DNA of 63,815 nt, counting the filler, from Intoshia linei (taxonomy: Eukaryota > Animalia > Orthonectida), in the NCBI GenBank assembly GCA_001642005.1. It is 4 parts of 4 records of this genome, joined end to end, with 100 filler letters (N's around TTAATTAATTAA, not from the genome) between each part and the next. Parts side by side here need not be neighbours in the genome. Positions count along the whole stretch, not along the records: positions 30,124 to 59,914 come from LWCA01000380.1; 3 more parts are not named here. One strand, 5' to 3'. Below the pieces are notes generated by a model. The model saw only the letters and a list, made by a program, of their open reading frames with translations. It was not told the origin of the DNA and made no database searches. Numbering within the stretch: position 1 is the first letter of the stretch; every line of letters begins with the position of its first letter. Shown in pieces: positions 31,055-50,613 of this stretch. The translations under genes were made by a program, and so were the position numbers.

Positions 31055-32160
31055 TGTTAAAAAATTAACAGTCGTAGAATTAAAAAAACCCAATTTCTAA
31101 TATAGTTTTTCGCAGGTGATATTTATAGGTGAAGTTTAATTTTCCGAAATTAAGTCGTTCAGGGTCAAAAACTCAATTGGCTTATTTTTTAAACAAATAT
31201 CCCCAAAAATTTAAAATATAAATTCTGGAACGCATTTTGAAATCATTAACATTGTCGTCAATTTAAGCTTCAGGAACTTATATCTTCGTGGTCAAAACCA
31301 CAAATTACCAATTTTATTTAAAAATAAATAAAGTCCTAAAATTTTATAAAACCTAAATTTTGGATTGTTTTTAAAATCATAAGAATTGTCATAACTCACA
31401 ACTACAAAAACAACATTTTCACAATGAAAACCCAGATTACCCTTTTTTAAAAAATAAAAAGTCTTAGAATTTAAAAAAAAATACAGCTGATAGTGATATC
31501 CAGTTAACACACACAAAAAATTTTAATCTAATAAAGTGACGCCTTCGCGGTCAAAAAAGCACTTTATTATTCATTTTTTTGTAACTATTTTTTTAAAACA
31601 AAAAATATTCAATAACTAAGCCCTAGAATTTAAAAAACGATTATTCTCATACAGCTTATTCCAGTTCATTTAGAGACAAAATTTTAACCTCAGAAATCAA
31701 CGCATTCTCAGTGAAAAATAACTTTAAATATATTATCAACCAATATTGTTCAAATTTTCGAATTGACAATTTGTGAAATTAAAAATTAAAATTTAAATAT
31801 TCATTTTACAATTTCAAAAAAAGTAGGTATTGACCGTATACATATTTGAAATACAGAAATATAGGTTTCAATCTAATAAATTGATTCCTTCTATTTTTTT
31901 ATCATTGCTACCCAATTTCTCAAAAGCAATTTTCAAAAACTTTCAGTATCAATCAGAATCAACTTCAGTATAACTTTGTTAGTATAATTTTGATTTGTTT
32001 CAATTTACAATTTTACCTAATTTTATTTTTAATATTTTACTTTTTCTGGAATTCATGTTATTTGTGACGATTTTTTAGGGTTTTAACTGTATTTTGATTA
32101 TAAACAATTAAAAATTATGCCCTCGGCAGAGCTAGATGCTATTTGTACAAAGTACATACA
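31055..32160 (+). mobile_element. Helitron-like repeat copy
   Basis: Family core plus 3' subterminal GCCCTCGGCAGAGCTAG...GTACAAAGTAC. Confidence 0.6.
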
Positions 32161-32217
32161 ATGGATCTTAATATATAAATTAGCTATGAGACTATATAAT
32201 ATTTATCCCGACGTAGA

Positions 32218-38993
<6,776 letters not shown>

Positions 38994-39999
38994 TTATAAC
39001 CCCGTGGTAAGTTTTTCACAGAAATTAAAATTTCATATATTTAGCAAATTTATACAAGTCTGCAAGCTATTTATTCATATTAAGTATTATATATTGTTGG
39101 CTTATACATCTATAATGCAGAATAGAGTATTAGACAGAGAAGGTAATATTATTCTTGGAGACAGATTATTGATTCTTTCAACAAATATTTCATTTCTTTA
39201 GTATAATTCAGCTCACGTTGTCTCAAATACGTACATGTATGTAGGAACGCCTATGTAATTTTACATTATCGATTTGTTTTTAAATTTTTAAAGTTAACTT
39301 TTCCATTTGTGAAATTTTCTTGTTTTATAAAAACAACATACATTATTATTTTATTTGGTTTGTAGTTAAAATTAAGGTTGCATATATACAATTTAATGAC
39401 GTGATTAAATAATTGGGTTTTTAAGCAAATTTACCTTATTTATCCTGTTTTGTTTAAAATCTCATAAAAGCCTAATTGTCTAATGTTGTAATCTAATTAT
39501 CTAAGGTTCATATTTTGAGTCAACGCATGATCCATTGAACTGTCGTAACTATTTTCAAAGTAAAAGTACTAATTGAAAAAATCAATACATAATAATAATA
39601 CACCACTACATACATTGCATACTTTTTTAGGATACCTTATGTATGCAATCTGATGATTTTATGTTTAGTTTTTGACAATTTTTCTCAGATCAACATATAT
39701 AATACAATTCAATATCCTATTACCATTATGACAGATGATTTATTACGTTCATTGAAGTGTTTATCTAAATTTTTTAAATAAGAATGTAAAATTTATATTC
39801 TGTGATACAAGTGAGAAGTGAACCCTTTATCCGTGAATCACGGACCGTGATACAGTGTATTGTAATGCATAATAAACATCAAAAGGTATTCCTCATATGA
39901 CTATGTTTTCATATTTAGAATAATGTTTATATTTGTACCCAATATAACCGTTAGTACGTTACTGTCGTTTAATTTTACTATTTTGTGCATAGTCTAAAC

Positions 40000-40500
40000 C
40001 AGTGGTTCTCAAGGGGGGTCCATGTGGACCCCTTAGTGGTTTACAGTAAATGTTTGGGGGTCGACAGAAGAAATTACACATCTAGGGGTTCACAGATAAA
40101 TTTTGGAGCAACCAAAAAAATTCATGACTAGAGTATTTTACAAAACTACGTGACAATTTTAAATCGATTGAAATGAACAATATCTTCAATAATGAAGTTA
40201 TCAAGAAAGATAAAGGTTTAACAGCTTCTTATGAAATTTCAAAAATTATAACAAAAGCTTGTAAAACTCACACATTGGGAGAAACTGTAATTTTACCAGC
40301 TATTTCTGTAGTTAAAATTTATCAGGGGGGTCGTAAGAATTTGAACACAGTATAAAATATAAATAAAACTGAATATGCTTTTTTAATATTTTCATTTATG
40401 TGAATTTATAAAATGTTTGGAGTATATAGAAAATTTTAGGGTCGCAAAAATTTTTTATGTTTATAAGGGGTCGCTAACACAAAAAGGTTGAAAACCACTG
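40000..40500 (+). mobile_element. Internally deleted hAT Charlie/Buster element with transposase remnant
   Basis: TIRs CAGTGGTTCTCAA / TTGAAAACCACTG; imperfect 8-bp TSD GTCTAAAC/GTCTACAT; ORF 40173-40355 ASYEISKIITKACKTHTLGETVILPA resembles Buster/ZBED5 transposase. Confidence 0.85.
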
Positions 40501-43500
40501 GTCTACATTTTTTACTATTCAAATTTGCACTCGTTTTATTATATTGTCAAAATTTTAACTGAAGGGTTAACAAGAAGTGTACTTTAAAACAGTTGTATAA
40601 AAACTATTTTAAATCGAAAAAACTATGGTCAAATATTTTATAAAACAATACAAGCATCGATTTATAAGGTAGCGTACGACTAAGATTTTTTTATAATAGG
40701 GGGTCCACGAATAATATAAAATAGCGTTAACGGTAGTGGAAAGTAGGAAAAGTACCGTCTCCAATAGATAATTCAATATTTTAAAATGCTTCATACACAT
40801 ATTTTTGTTACGATTTAACATCATTTGACCTGAATTAGATGATTTAAAATATATATATTTTATAATATATGCAAGAATTATTAACAATTATGTAAATAAA
40901 TTATATTCTAAAATATCATATTTATTTTTGATGTTAAATTAAATATGTTGTAGGACTATTCGACACTACGCATCATTTGCTAAAATTTGTAGCGCCTATT
41001 TTTCATTTTTGGGTAGCCTCGAGTTTGATAGGTTTGGCTCTGTTTGTCATATTCATACTAATTATCATAAGGTAAGGTGTCACATTTTTTTTTTTTTTAA
41101 ATTATAAGCATGTACCAGATACTATCTGTATTATTGAAAAAATAAAGATCTGATGACTAAACTCTGATAATAATTCTAAGTTTGTTAATAACGATAATAA
41201 CATGTAGACAAAAAATCTATTAATATCCATGTAGCTAACATCACTGTAACATGAACGAATGGATATAAAATATTAATTTTTCTCTGGGATGATAGATAAT
41301 AATATAAATTGTACCACTGATACAATTAACAATATATTGTAAACTGCATCGCCAAGAGGTTGTAAGAAATTGTAGATGATTGGGCGAATAAGGATGAATG
41401 ATAAATTTTTAGCTTATTTTATTCAATCATTGAATTTAGTAAAATAAAAAAAATGATTTTGAAAATACTATTTCAAAAAATATTCAAAACCAAAAATTTA
41501 CCAACCCTTAAAGAAAAAATTCGGGTTTCCGATGTTTTTTTGAAAAATCCTATTTTACCAACTTTTTAAATCGAAAATCCCTCTATCTGACCCAAAAGAA
41601 TTTAAAGTGTAAACAATATTTAAAAAACATGTTTAATTTTGCCAAAATTAGCGGTATAAAGGTTAAGGATATTTGAATTCCTTAGAAATTAAAAAAAAGT
41701 AACTTTTATAAAGCCATAACAAATGATCTAACAAAACTAACCAATCAGAGCAAAGACTAGGAGACTCGAGGCCACTTAAAATGAAAAATAGGTCCCTAAT
41801 AGGGACTCCCTATACACCTCTCTAATGCTGTTGACTTGACATTTAAATTTTAACACACAAAATAATTGAATTGAGTTTCAAGAATATAATTTAATCTAAT
41901 CTAACAAACTATTTAAGTGGATTTTAAATTTTAAATATGTAAATACATAATGTACGTGTCAAATAATATCTAATAGAAGATTTAAAAAAACAAACAGTTT
42001 CATTTTTTTTCAAAAAATATTTTACCTTAATTATTTGAATAAGGACTTTATGAAAATTTTCAAAATTTGAAGATTGCGATGTACTCAGTTTCCCTGTAGT
42101 TTTCAACCAAAATTAGTCAGATTGTTTTCAAAATATTTGAAAATGTTCAGTGAATAAATATAAATTAATTATTTTTATAAACTACAACACTATTCAAGGT
42201 CGTACTTTCCCCACCTTTGTATTAGTGCATGTAAAATACATATCAGCAGACTTTAAAATTGGTGTTTCCATTGGTGGATGTAAATAACAAACCATGGCAT
42301 AATACTTGAAAAAACTTTAAAAATTAGTTATTTCAACTTGTGATTATTAAACATTTTGAATTTTATTGACATTCTACTACACATGTAGATTTACGATTAC
42401 ACAATTGTAAATATTTTGTGTAAAATATATAAATCAATATATTAATACTTGTGGGATACTTTGTAAATATACTTTTTAAACCAAAAATTTTTACAAAAAC
42501 ACTGTCTGAAATTCTCTGCATATAATATATGTAATCAAAGTTTACTTATAGGGAAAATTTTTACAAGAAAATTGTTTATTAATATACGAAAATGTAGTTT
42601 TAATCAACACTCACGTCAATGGTTAGTACTATAAGCTAATTTGATTATATATTTAATTATTCTTCCTGAGAACTGTTATAACACTACTTTAATCTAATAA
42701 TAACACGGTGCAACAAATAGAAACTTTTTTTGAGGGTTTTTAAAAAAAAATCAGTACTGTTTCTCATACATTGTACAAAGTTACTAAAAAATTTTTAAAC
42801 AAATTTATCTTGCAGAATAGAAACTATAGCTATTGTAATGTGGTGATTTATTGGTTTTACAGTAACAAGAGTGTTTTTAATAATTTGTCTGTAAAATTGT
42901 GAATTTTTAAACGATTTCAATATACTTGGTACTCATTCGATTCCGTTTATCCTAAAAACTACAATGAAATGATAAAAAAAATACAAACTTAACTTTTTAT
43001 ATAAAATTTAGTTAAAATATTAATTAAATTTTTCTATAAAATTAGTTGACCGTTCATTTCGCTACTATGGAATTCAGGGATCTTCAAAAACGCAAGTATA
43101 TATTAAATATAGAAGATGAAAGTATTTTATTCGTACAACTTTCTAAGTGACCGTATAGGTATTTTATAATAATCAGTTAAAATCGAAAAAAATGATTATA
43201 ATCATTACTTAAAATTACCATCCAAAATTCTAAAATGTGAATAGCCAACATCACTTGAAATTTGGAAACCTTAGTTAAATCCTGATTTATCAATTTCATT
43301 GTGGAAAGTCGCCACTGCTAACACTTTAAAAATAAGTCTTTGAAGGATACAGCAAGAATCACGTAATTTTGATTTTTAACAAAATTAAAATATTCAGGTT
43401 AAAGCCGAAACAAACATGCTCTTTCCTTCCGTAAATCAAAAATAGACCCTATTATATTTTTCTAAAACGATGCGTAATGCCATAATAGACATGAGAGTTT

Positions 43501-43828
43501 AAATTTAACTCTCAAAATAATTGATATTCAAAAAATCAATTTATTTTAAATGTACAATACGGAAAAATAAGCGCTAATTTTAGAAAAAATTTGTTGGTTA
43601 TACCAATACACCTTATAAGGTGAAAAGAACCTTATTTATCAGGTACTAAGTGTTAATTATAAGGTTATAAGGAAATTATTCTATGGTCTTATTTCCACAA
43701 AGTAAAATTATTCTATGTGAAACTAAAACATTGAATCAATTTAATGTTAAATTTATTGTAAAACTTTGCATTAATATTGTCATATAATTTTTGAGTGATA
43801 ATAGGTTAAATTTTAACGTGAAAAATAA

Positions 43829-44313
43829 ATGGAAACTGAACAAAAATTCGAAACCGTAGTTGATTTGATAGGGAAATCTAGCAATAAAATAAAAAGCTGC
43901 GATCAAAAGGCTGGAAGACTATACGCTAGATCTATATTTATTGGATTTCGAAGAGGACTTAGAAATCAACACGAAGCAACTTCCTTATTAAGAGTAGAAG
44001 GATGTGATAATAAAAAAGACGCAAGATATTATATCGGAAAGCATTGTTTTTATCTATATAGAGGACCAATGTATTTATATCATAATATACTGTAATTACT
44101 TTTATTAGGAGAACATTGAAAAATGGAAGAAAAACAAGAGCACGTTTGATTAAAGGAAAAATAGTCAATGCCCATGGTAATTCTGGAGTGGTTAGAGCTA
44201 GATTTAAAAAGAATTTGCCTGCTTCAGCTATGGGAAATAGAGTTCGAGTGGTATGAATATATTTATTTATCTTTTAAGTTCTGGTTTAGATGCTTTATCC
44301 TTCATTCACCTAA
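43829..44313 (+). CDS. RPL35A: 60S ribosomal protein L35a (eL33), exons 43829-44070, 44109-44250, 44290-44313
   Basis: [30 protein letters not shown]...[32 protein letters not shown]. Confidence 0.96.
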
Positions 44314-44515
44314 AATGTTTATATTTGACAATAAATGTGTTTTAAATGTGTTAATTGTACCGAAATTCAATTACCAATTTTGTATTTAATGCATTATATT
44401 GATTTTTTATTATATTCCCTTGCTGTATTTCAATAAATTTGATCATTGCTTGTGGACAATTTAATTGATGTTTTATTCGTAAATTTTCAATAATAGTTTA
44501 ATATTTCATTTTATC

Positions 44516-47500
44516 ATGATTTATTTGTTGGTTTTTTGTTTTTTTCGAATTTTTTACGCAGGTAATTTGGTTTATTAAGAGTGTATACTTTTAGAATCTA
44601 CTTGGAATGATTGGTGGTCGTATTCTGGAATTTCTGGTTATTTATATTAATTAAATAATCAAGCATTTATAAGATTTATTTGGTATTCATAGGACCGTCA
44701 ATTTGGGGAATAGCTAACCCTGAATGGAAAATGTGCAGGTTTAAAATCTTTTTTGTCTCACTTGTTATTGTATAGTAATGGTAAATTTCAATCTCCTATT
44801 AATATTGATTTAAATCGGGTTGTTTATGATGCATCACTTCCTAATTTAAACATTAAAATCAATATCAAAGATTATGTAACATTTCAATGTATAATTTGAA
44901 AATTGAATTGATTTATAGACGTCCGAATTGTATAATAATGGTAGACACATAGTTGTCAATTTAAATGACTATATGACGCTAGAACGTGCATCTAATTATA
45001 ATTATGCTTCTCAATCACTCACTTTTTTTTTTGGTAAAGATAATGATTTTGGATCTCAACATTCCATTAATCAACACTTTATGCCTGGAGAGGTTATTTT
45101 ATATGTACATTATTATCTATAATTTTTTATAAGGCAGTTAAAATAATTTATTTTATCATTAATGACACATGAGTGTTTTTCCACTTAAAGCAGGGGTCGA
45201 AACCTTTTGCACGTCGTGGCCACTTTATTATGCCCAAAAATATAACTCCCATCGTTTTTGAAAATTTATTTATAAGAAATTTTAACTGAATTGAAACGGT
45301 TCCAGTATATTCAATAAAATCCAGGCAATCTGAAAATTCAGTATGATTATAGTAAAGAATAAATAAGTTACTCAAAGGCCCACCAAAAAAATTACCGCTT
45401 TCGGTCCGCGGGTCACTGATGGCTGATCACTAATTTACAATAACGTATTGCTTAAGTTTTTTTAATAATTTCTTTTTTGTATATCACGCACGTGGTACCT
45501 TTAATGATAATATGATTTTTACATAAACCCGTGGTTTTAACGGTAACCCAGTAGCTTTGCTTATTGTCTAACTTATGTTAGATTATTACTCTTCGAATAC
45601 AAGTGATATCTAATAATTAATTTGTCTAGTATAGATGCCATTGCTGCATCAATCTATAATAGTTTCTTTGTTTGGTACGAGTAATAATAATTTATATGGG
45701 TGCAGATTAGAGCCGTTTTAAGGCATGGGCTATAGCCCAGGGCTACTCATTAAAAAGGGCCCCCAAATTAATAAAAGTACTTCACACTTATATCTTAAAA
45801 AGAGGCCTACATTTATTAAAAAATACTTCACATTTATATCTTAAGAAACAGTTTATAAGTTTTGAAGTGTGGAAATTCAAATAGCTAGAAAGAAAATAGT
45901 TTAAAAAATCAAAGTTCTTGTAAATTTTCAATTTAAAATATTTTCTACAATCTTCATCATATAATATTGACATAAAAACTGTTTCAAATAATAGTATTAA
46001 ACACTAAAATCTTTCTATTCAGTTAATATTCAAAAAAGAAGATAGGAAATCTTTGATTTTATCTTATTAATTTTCAAAAAAAAAGCTCTAAAATTTTTTT
46101 ATAACTTCGCTCGAAATATTTTTTTGCTTCGTTCAAAACTTTAAAGGGTCTCCGGCCCTTTGCTTATCCCAGGACCACGAAGTGGTTTAAGACGGCTTTG
46201 GTGCAGATCCGAATCTACTGTTCTTATAAATCTCTTTGGTTTCGTCATATTTTCCGAATTGAATGTTTAAAAAAATAATTTTTTTCAATGATTAGTTTTG
46301 TGTGTCAAATTTAAACTGCAAGCAAACATTCCAACATCAAAGTTGTTCGAGGCTATAATGTATGTATTGGTTGAGAAATTGTTTAGGATCCTATTTTTGA
46401 TTTTCGGAGGCCTCGAGAATGGAAGGTTCAGCTTTTTATGATAGTGCAGTATGCAGTTTCAATAAAGTATTTAAGGATAAAAGGGAATATGTACATTGAT
46501 TCTCGGTTGAAACAAATCCATTACTCGTTTGGTAGTGACGTTGGATGTAAAAAGTGATTGAATTTATTTCTTGGTTTAAAAATTCTTAAAAGAAAAAATA
46601 CTAAGGAAATTTTGTGTGTTTAAATGGGATTGAGAACATTCATTATTAAATTAAAACCACTTAATTCATACAATAGATTTTATTTAAATTTTACAACAAA
46701 GGATTATATACGAATTATAAAGATGCCACCAACAAACCACATGGATTATTACACATTACCATATTTTTAAAGGTAAAATATTTAACAATAAATAAGTAAA
46801 TATACAATTTTCGAATTATTTTATTCAAATGTAAATAATAAAGTCAGAATTAAAAAAATATAAGTACCGTATTTTTCGGAGTGTAAGGCGCACCCTGTAT
46901 ATAAAACAATTTACAACACCAAATTCACATATAATGCGCATTGGCTTATAACGCGCGAGAAATTTTATTAAGAGAATTTTTAAAAAAATTTAGAATGAAA
47001 TAACACAATATATACTTAGATCAAAATTTTCCCTTGCAAAATCCTCGTATAAGGCGCATTCCTAATTTTTCATGTAAAAGGGTGCGCCTTATACTCCAAA
47101 AAATACGATATAAGGCAGTTTATTTGACATTAAACTATTATGGAACTAACCATAAAATTTTTATTTGCATGCAAATTTAAACATTCCATCAAGTTATAAT
47201 TTAAAATGTAGCTCAATGTCAATTACTCACAAGAATTGAACACTATTTATTCCAATTTGGATAAAGTCAGATTTGTGGGTGAAATTAAAAAAAAATTTGA
47301 AATGTGAATAATAAAATGCCTATCATATTTAGGTAGAAAACACGAAATAAAAGTTACACTGGATGATATTATTACCTCAGATTCGGATTATCTTACATAT
47401 AATGGATCTAAAACTGTACCAGATTGTGCCGAAGGTGTAGAATGGATTATTTTAAACAATCCTATTTTCATTACAAGTGAATACGTAAATATTTTTAGTT

Positions 47501-47991
47501 TATGGAAATGATTTTGATCGCAAAATCATTGGCGGAATTCAAAATAACAATTTCAGTTATCTAAAGCCACTATTATACCATTATCCTCCTTTTCGTGTGG
47601 CTGAACGAAAATTAGCCTCATTTTTCCAAATTGAGCATGTCAGTTATCAATGATATCAAATCAATGTGACCTTTGGTGTTGTTTCAGTTGTACCAATTTA
47701 CTTTTTAATTTAATTTTTTTAAAAATGAAATTTCCAAATGTCTAGCCCTTATATAATGAATACACTTTATGGAAATTTTTGCGATTAAAATATACCATTA
47801 TTTTTTTCGTTTTAATTTGATAATGCTTGTATTAGATGGAAAAATTACGACTTTGTATAAAAGGAGACCCAAATAATAACAAACTATCACTACAAGATAA
47901 TATTCGACCTATTCAAAAAACCAACAATCGAGTCATTTTGAGCAATATACAACCGGATTCTGTAATTGCACAAAATATAAATGCATCATAG
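44516..47991 (+). CDS. Secreted carbonic anhydrase-related protein (CA10/CA11-like), multi-exon; 3' end approximate
   Basis: Signal-like first exon, WWSYSGISGPSIWGIANPEWKMC, QSPINID, GSQHSIN, YLTYNGSKTVPDCAEGVEWIILN, DNIRPIQ; TFFFG replaces the HxH zinc ligands. Confidence 0.85.
45708..46200. mobile_element. hAT-type MITE with perfect 8-bp TSD GTGCAGAT
   Basis: TIRs TAGAGCCGTTTTAA / TTAAGACGGCTTTG; TSD at 45700-45707 and 46201-46208. Confidence 0.88.
46867..47108. mobile_element. Tc1/mariner-pogo type MITE, TA TSD
   Basis: ~29-bp TIR CCGTATTTTTCGGAGTGTAAGGCGCACCC / GGGTGCGCCTTATACTCCAAAAAATACGA; internal TATAAGGCGCA-like repeats. Confidence 0.85.
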
Positions 47992-48764
47992 CCACTAAAT
48001 TTGCAAAAAGCGTCAATTTTTAGAAAATTCTATAATTATAAAGGCAACTTAATTAATTAATCCAACTGGTCAAGAAAAAATTTAAAAATCAGTCCTTAAT
48101 TAAAATAAATTTTTTGAAACTATGATTCCCACGAGTTTCTTATTATTTACTCATCAAACTTGGTTAAATGGAGATTAATTTTAAAACTAATTTTTATTAT
48201 TTATTTCCATTGTGTGATTCCGATCGGGCCATTACACAACACTGCTAGTTGGTGCTAAATTTCTTCCACAATTATATTGGATTTTAATAAAAATCTCATC
48301 ATATACACTATGTACTTTTATGACGTTTCTTAAATACGTCCATTAACTTAAAATTAAAATATAATTAGGAAGGATGCAAAGTATTAAAAAACAACGAGTA
48401 TAAACGTAAACAATATTTAATTTAATGTCATTCAAACCAGTAGTACCGGACTGTACACTTTATAAAAAAATTAAAACTAATTTTTCAGATACTCTTATGC
48501 ACATTTTTCTACGAATTTATAAATTTAAAAAAATTAGCCCTATTGCAAAAATTTTGTTAACCCCAAGACGGTTATTTTGTGTATTAAATTCTGCTATGAT
48601 CCAATCCTTTTTTAATCTAAAAATTGTCCACAACAGAATCGTATTTATAATGGTTTGAATGCCATTTATAAAATTGACAAATCTATATTAAAATCATATT
48701 TTAGTGAATTCGTGAAAGATGTAAAATTTTAATTATAATAAAAATATTACAAGTTTTATTAAAT

Positions 48765-49804
48765 TTATCGATAAGATTTTTGATATCGAGCTCTTGGTCC
48801 TGGACCACCAAACTTTTTAGGTTCGCACCTTCGAGGATCCGAAATTAAAAGACTTTTATCATAACTAGCTAATAATTTGTAAACACTTCGTTTTGCATTC
48901 TCGTCGGCATCTAGATATTATTAAATTGTTAAAAAATGTTTTTTACGTTTATGAAGATAAGCTACAATTCCGCGAGAAATGGCTTGTCTAATAGCTAAAT
49001 GGTAAAAAGTTGATAGAATATAAAGTATTAAAAAATAAATTACCATATATTTGGGAAACCTTTCCACCGCCTTTTACAGAGATCTTCATATTGATTTTAG
49101 AAACAGCAGCAGAACCCAAAATGTACAATGGCTCCAATGTCTAATGTTTTATTAATAAATATAACTTTTAAAGTTAACTTTCATTCGCAAGCACGCTGGC
49201 TCAATCAGTGTCAGAGGTCGACCATTAACACGGATCATTCCTGATCCATTTTTGATGTGTGCTACGGCCACAGCTGTTTTCTAAAATACATGAGTTTTGT
49301 TTAAACTTTAAACGACTAAATTCTAATAAAGTAAAAACGTAAATCATGTTATCAGAGATTAGAAAATATACTCGACACAGACGCCTACATGTGTAATAGT
49401 GTAATAAAAAATTTAAAATAAGTAAAAGTTCAGTTATTAAAAATTTATATTACGTGAATATGTATTTATTATTACGTATCTTATAAAAGATGCAAGTGAT
49501 TATTTTCTGACATAATTTTCATATTGATCAGATTGTAATCATGTAAAAAATGGAACCCAGATCGAGAATGTAAATTGTTGTAAATTTATTGAAATAGAAC
49601 CATAAATTTTATATTTATTTTATTTTACGTTCCACCTCACTTTCCACTTAACGTAAACATTATAAAATACCTTTTTTCCAAAGACTTGAATGACTCCCCT
49701 ATCTATAATCTTTTTATTCATAACATTGAGTTCACCATTATTAGATATATCGTCTTTTTGAGACTGTTCAAATAAGTTAAATTAAATATAAAATTATTTA
49801 CCAT
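48765..49804 (-). CDS. RPS16: 40S ribosomal protein S16 (uS9), 6 exons
   Basis: [15 protein letters not shown]...[10 protein letters not shown]...[16 protein letters not shown]...[24 protein letters not shown]. Confidence 0.96.
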
Positions 49805-50613
49805 TTTCAATACTTTAATTCAAAATACACGTGATAAATTTTCGAAATAAACTAATTTTTCTTTTAAATTAATATTAAAATAACTTTAGTGGTTATAAAA
49901 AATAGAAATGTATTGTTTTATGGAATTTATATTTATTTAGCCGTCCTTATTTTATAGATTTTGAAAAATTTCAGATTTTAAACTTACAAATTATTCATAA
50001 TTACACCATTTAATAGCACAGTAAATACGATTGCTAAATCGTATGTAATAGAAGAAAACTTTATTTACATTAAAGAATTGAAAATCTAAATTTAGATACC
50101 AAGATATTTCAAGATTTTTGTCGAAATATATAAAATTTCTGGTTATCAACTAATTTTATTTATGTCCTTGGCTGTGTATCTAAGTCATGTTTTGTAAATG
50201 ATAATTTTTCTTTTGTAGAATGTGATATTTGTATATTTAAATACCTATAACAATATTTTGTCAGTTATACAATTCTTGGAAACGATTAATACTTTGTTAC
50301 ATAAACAATTCAAAAATTCAGAATTATTTTTATAATCTTCTGAGTACGGCCTGTACGTACAATAAGCCAATGGGTTTCAAAGGTAGAGTTTTAATTTATA
50401 TTTTAATACTGAAAAAATAATTGCGGGTAATCTTTAATAGATAAACTATAATAGTCTTAATAATGTTTAGTGTAATAATTCCAAATTTTACACTGGTTTT
50501 TGACCGTATGAATAAAAAATAATTTTATCAATTTAAAGGTTTTTTCATATCAAAAATTCCTCCACCCGTGTTAAAAATAGTGAGAATCTTTTAAAATAAA
50601 ATGATTTTTTTAG

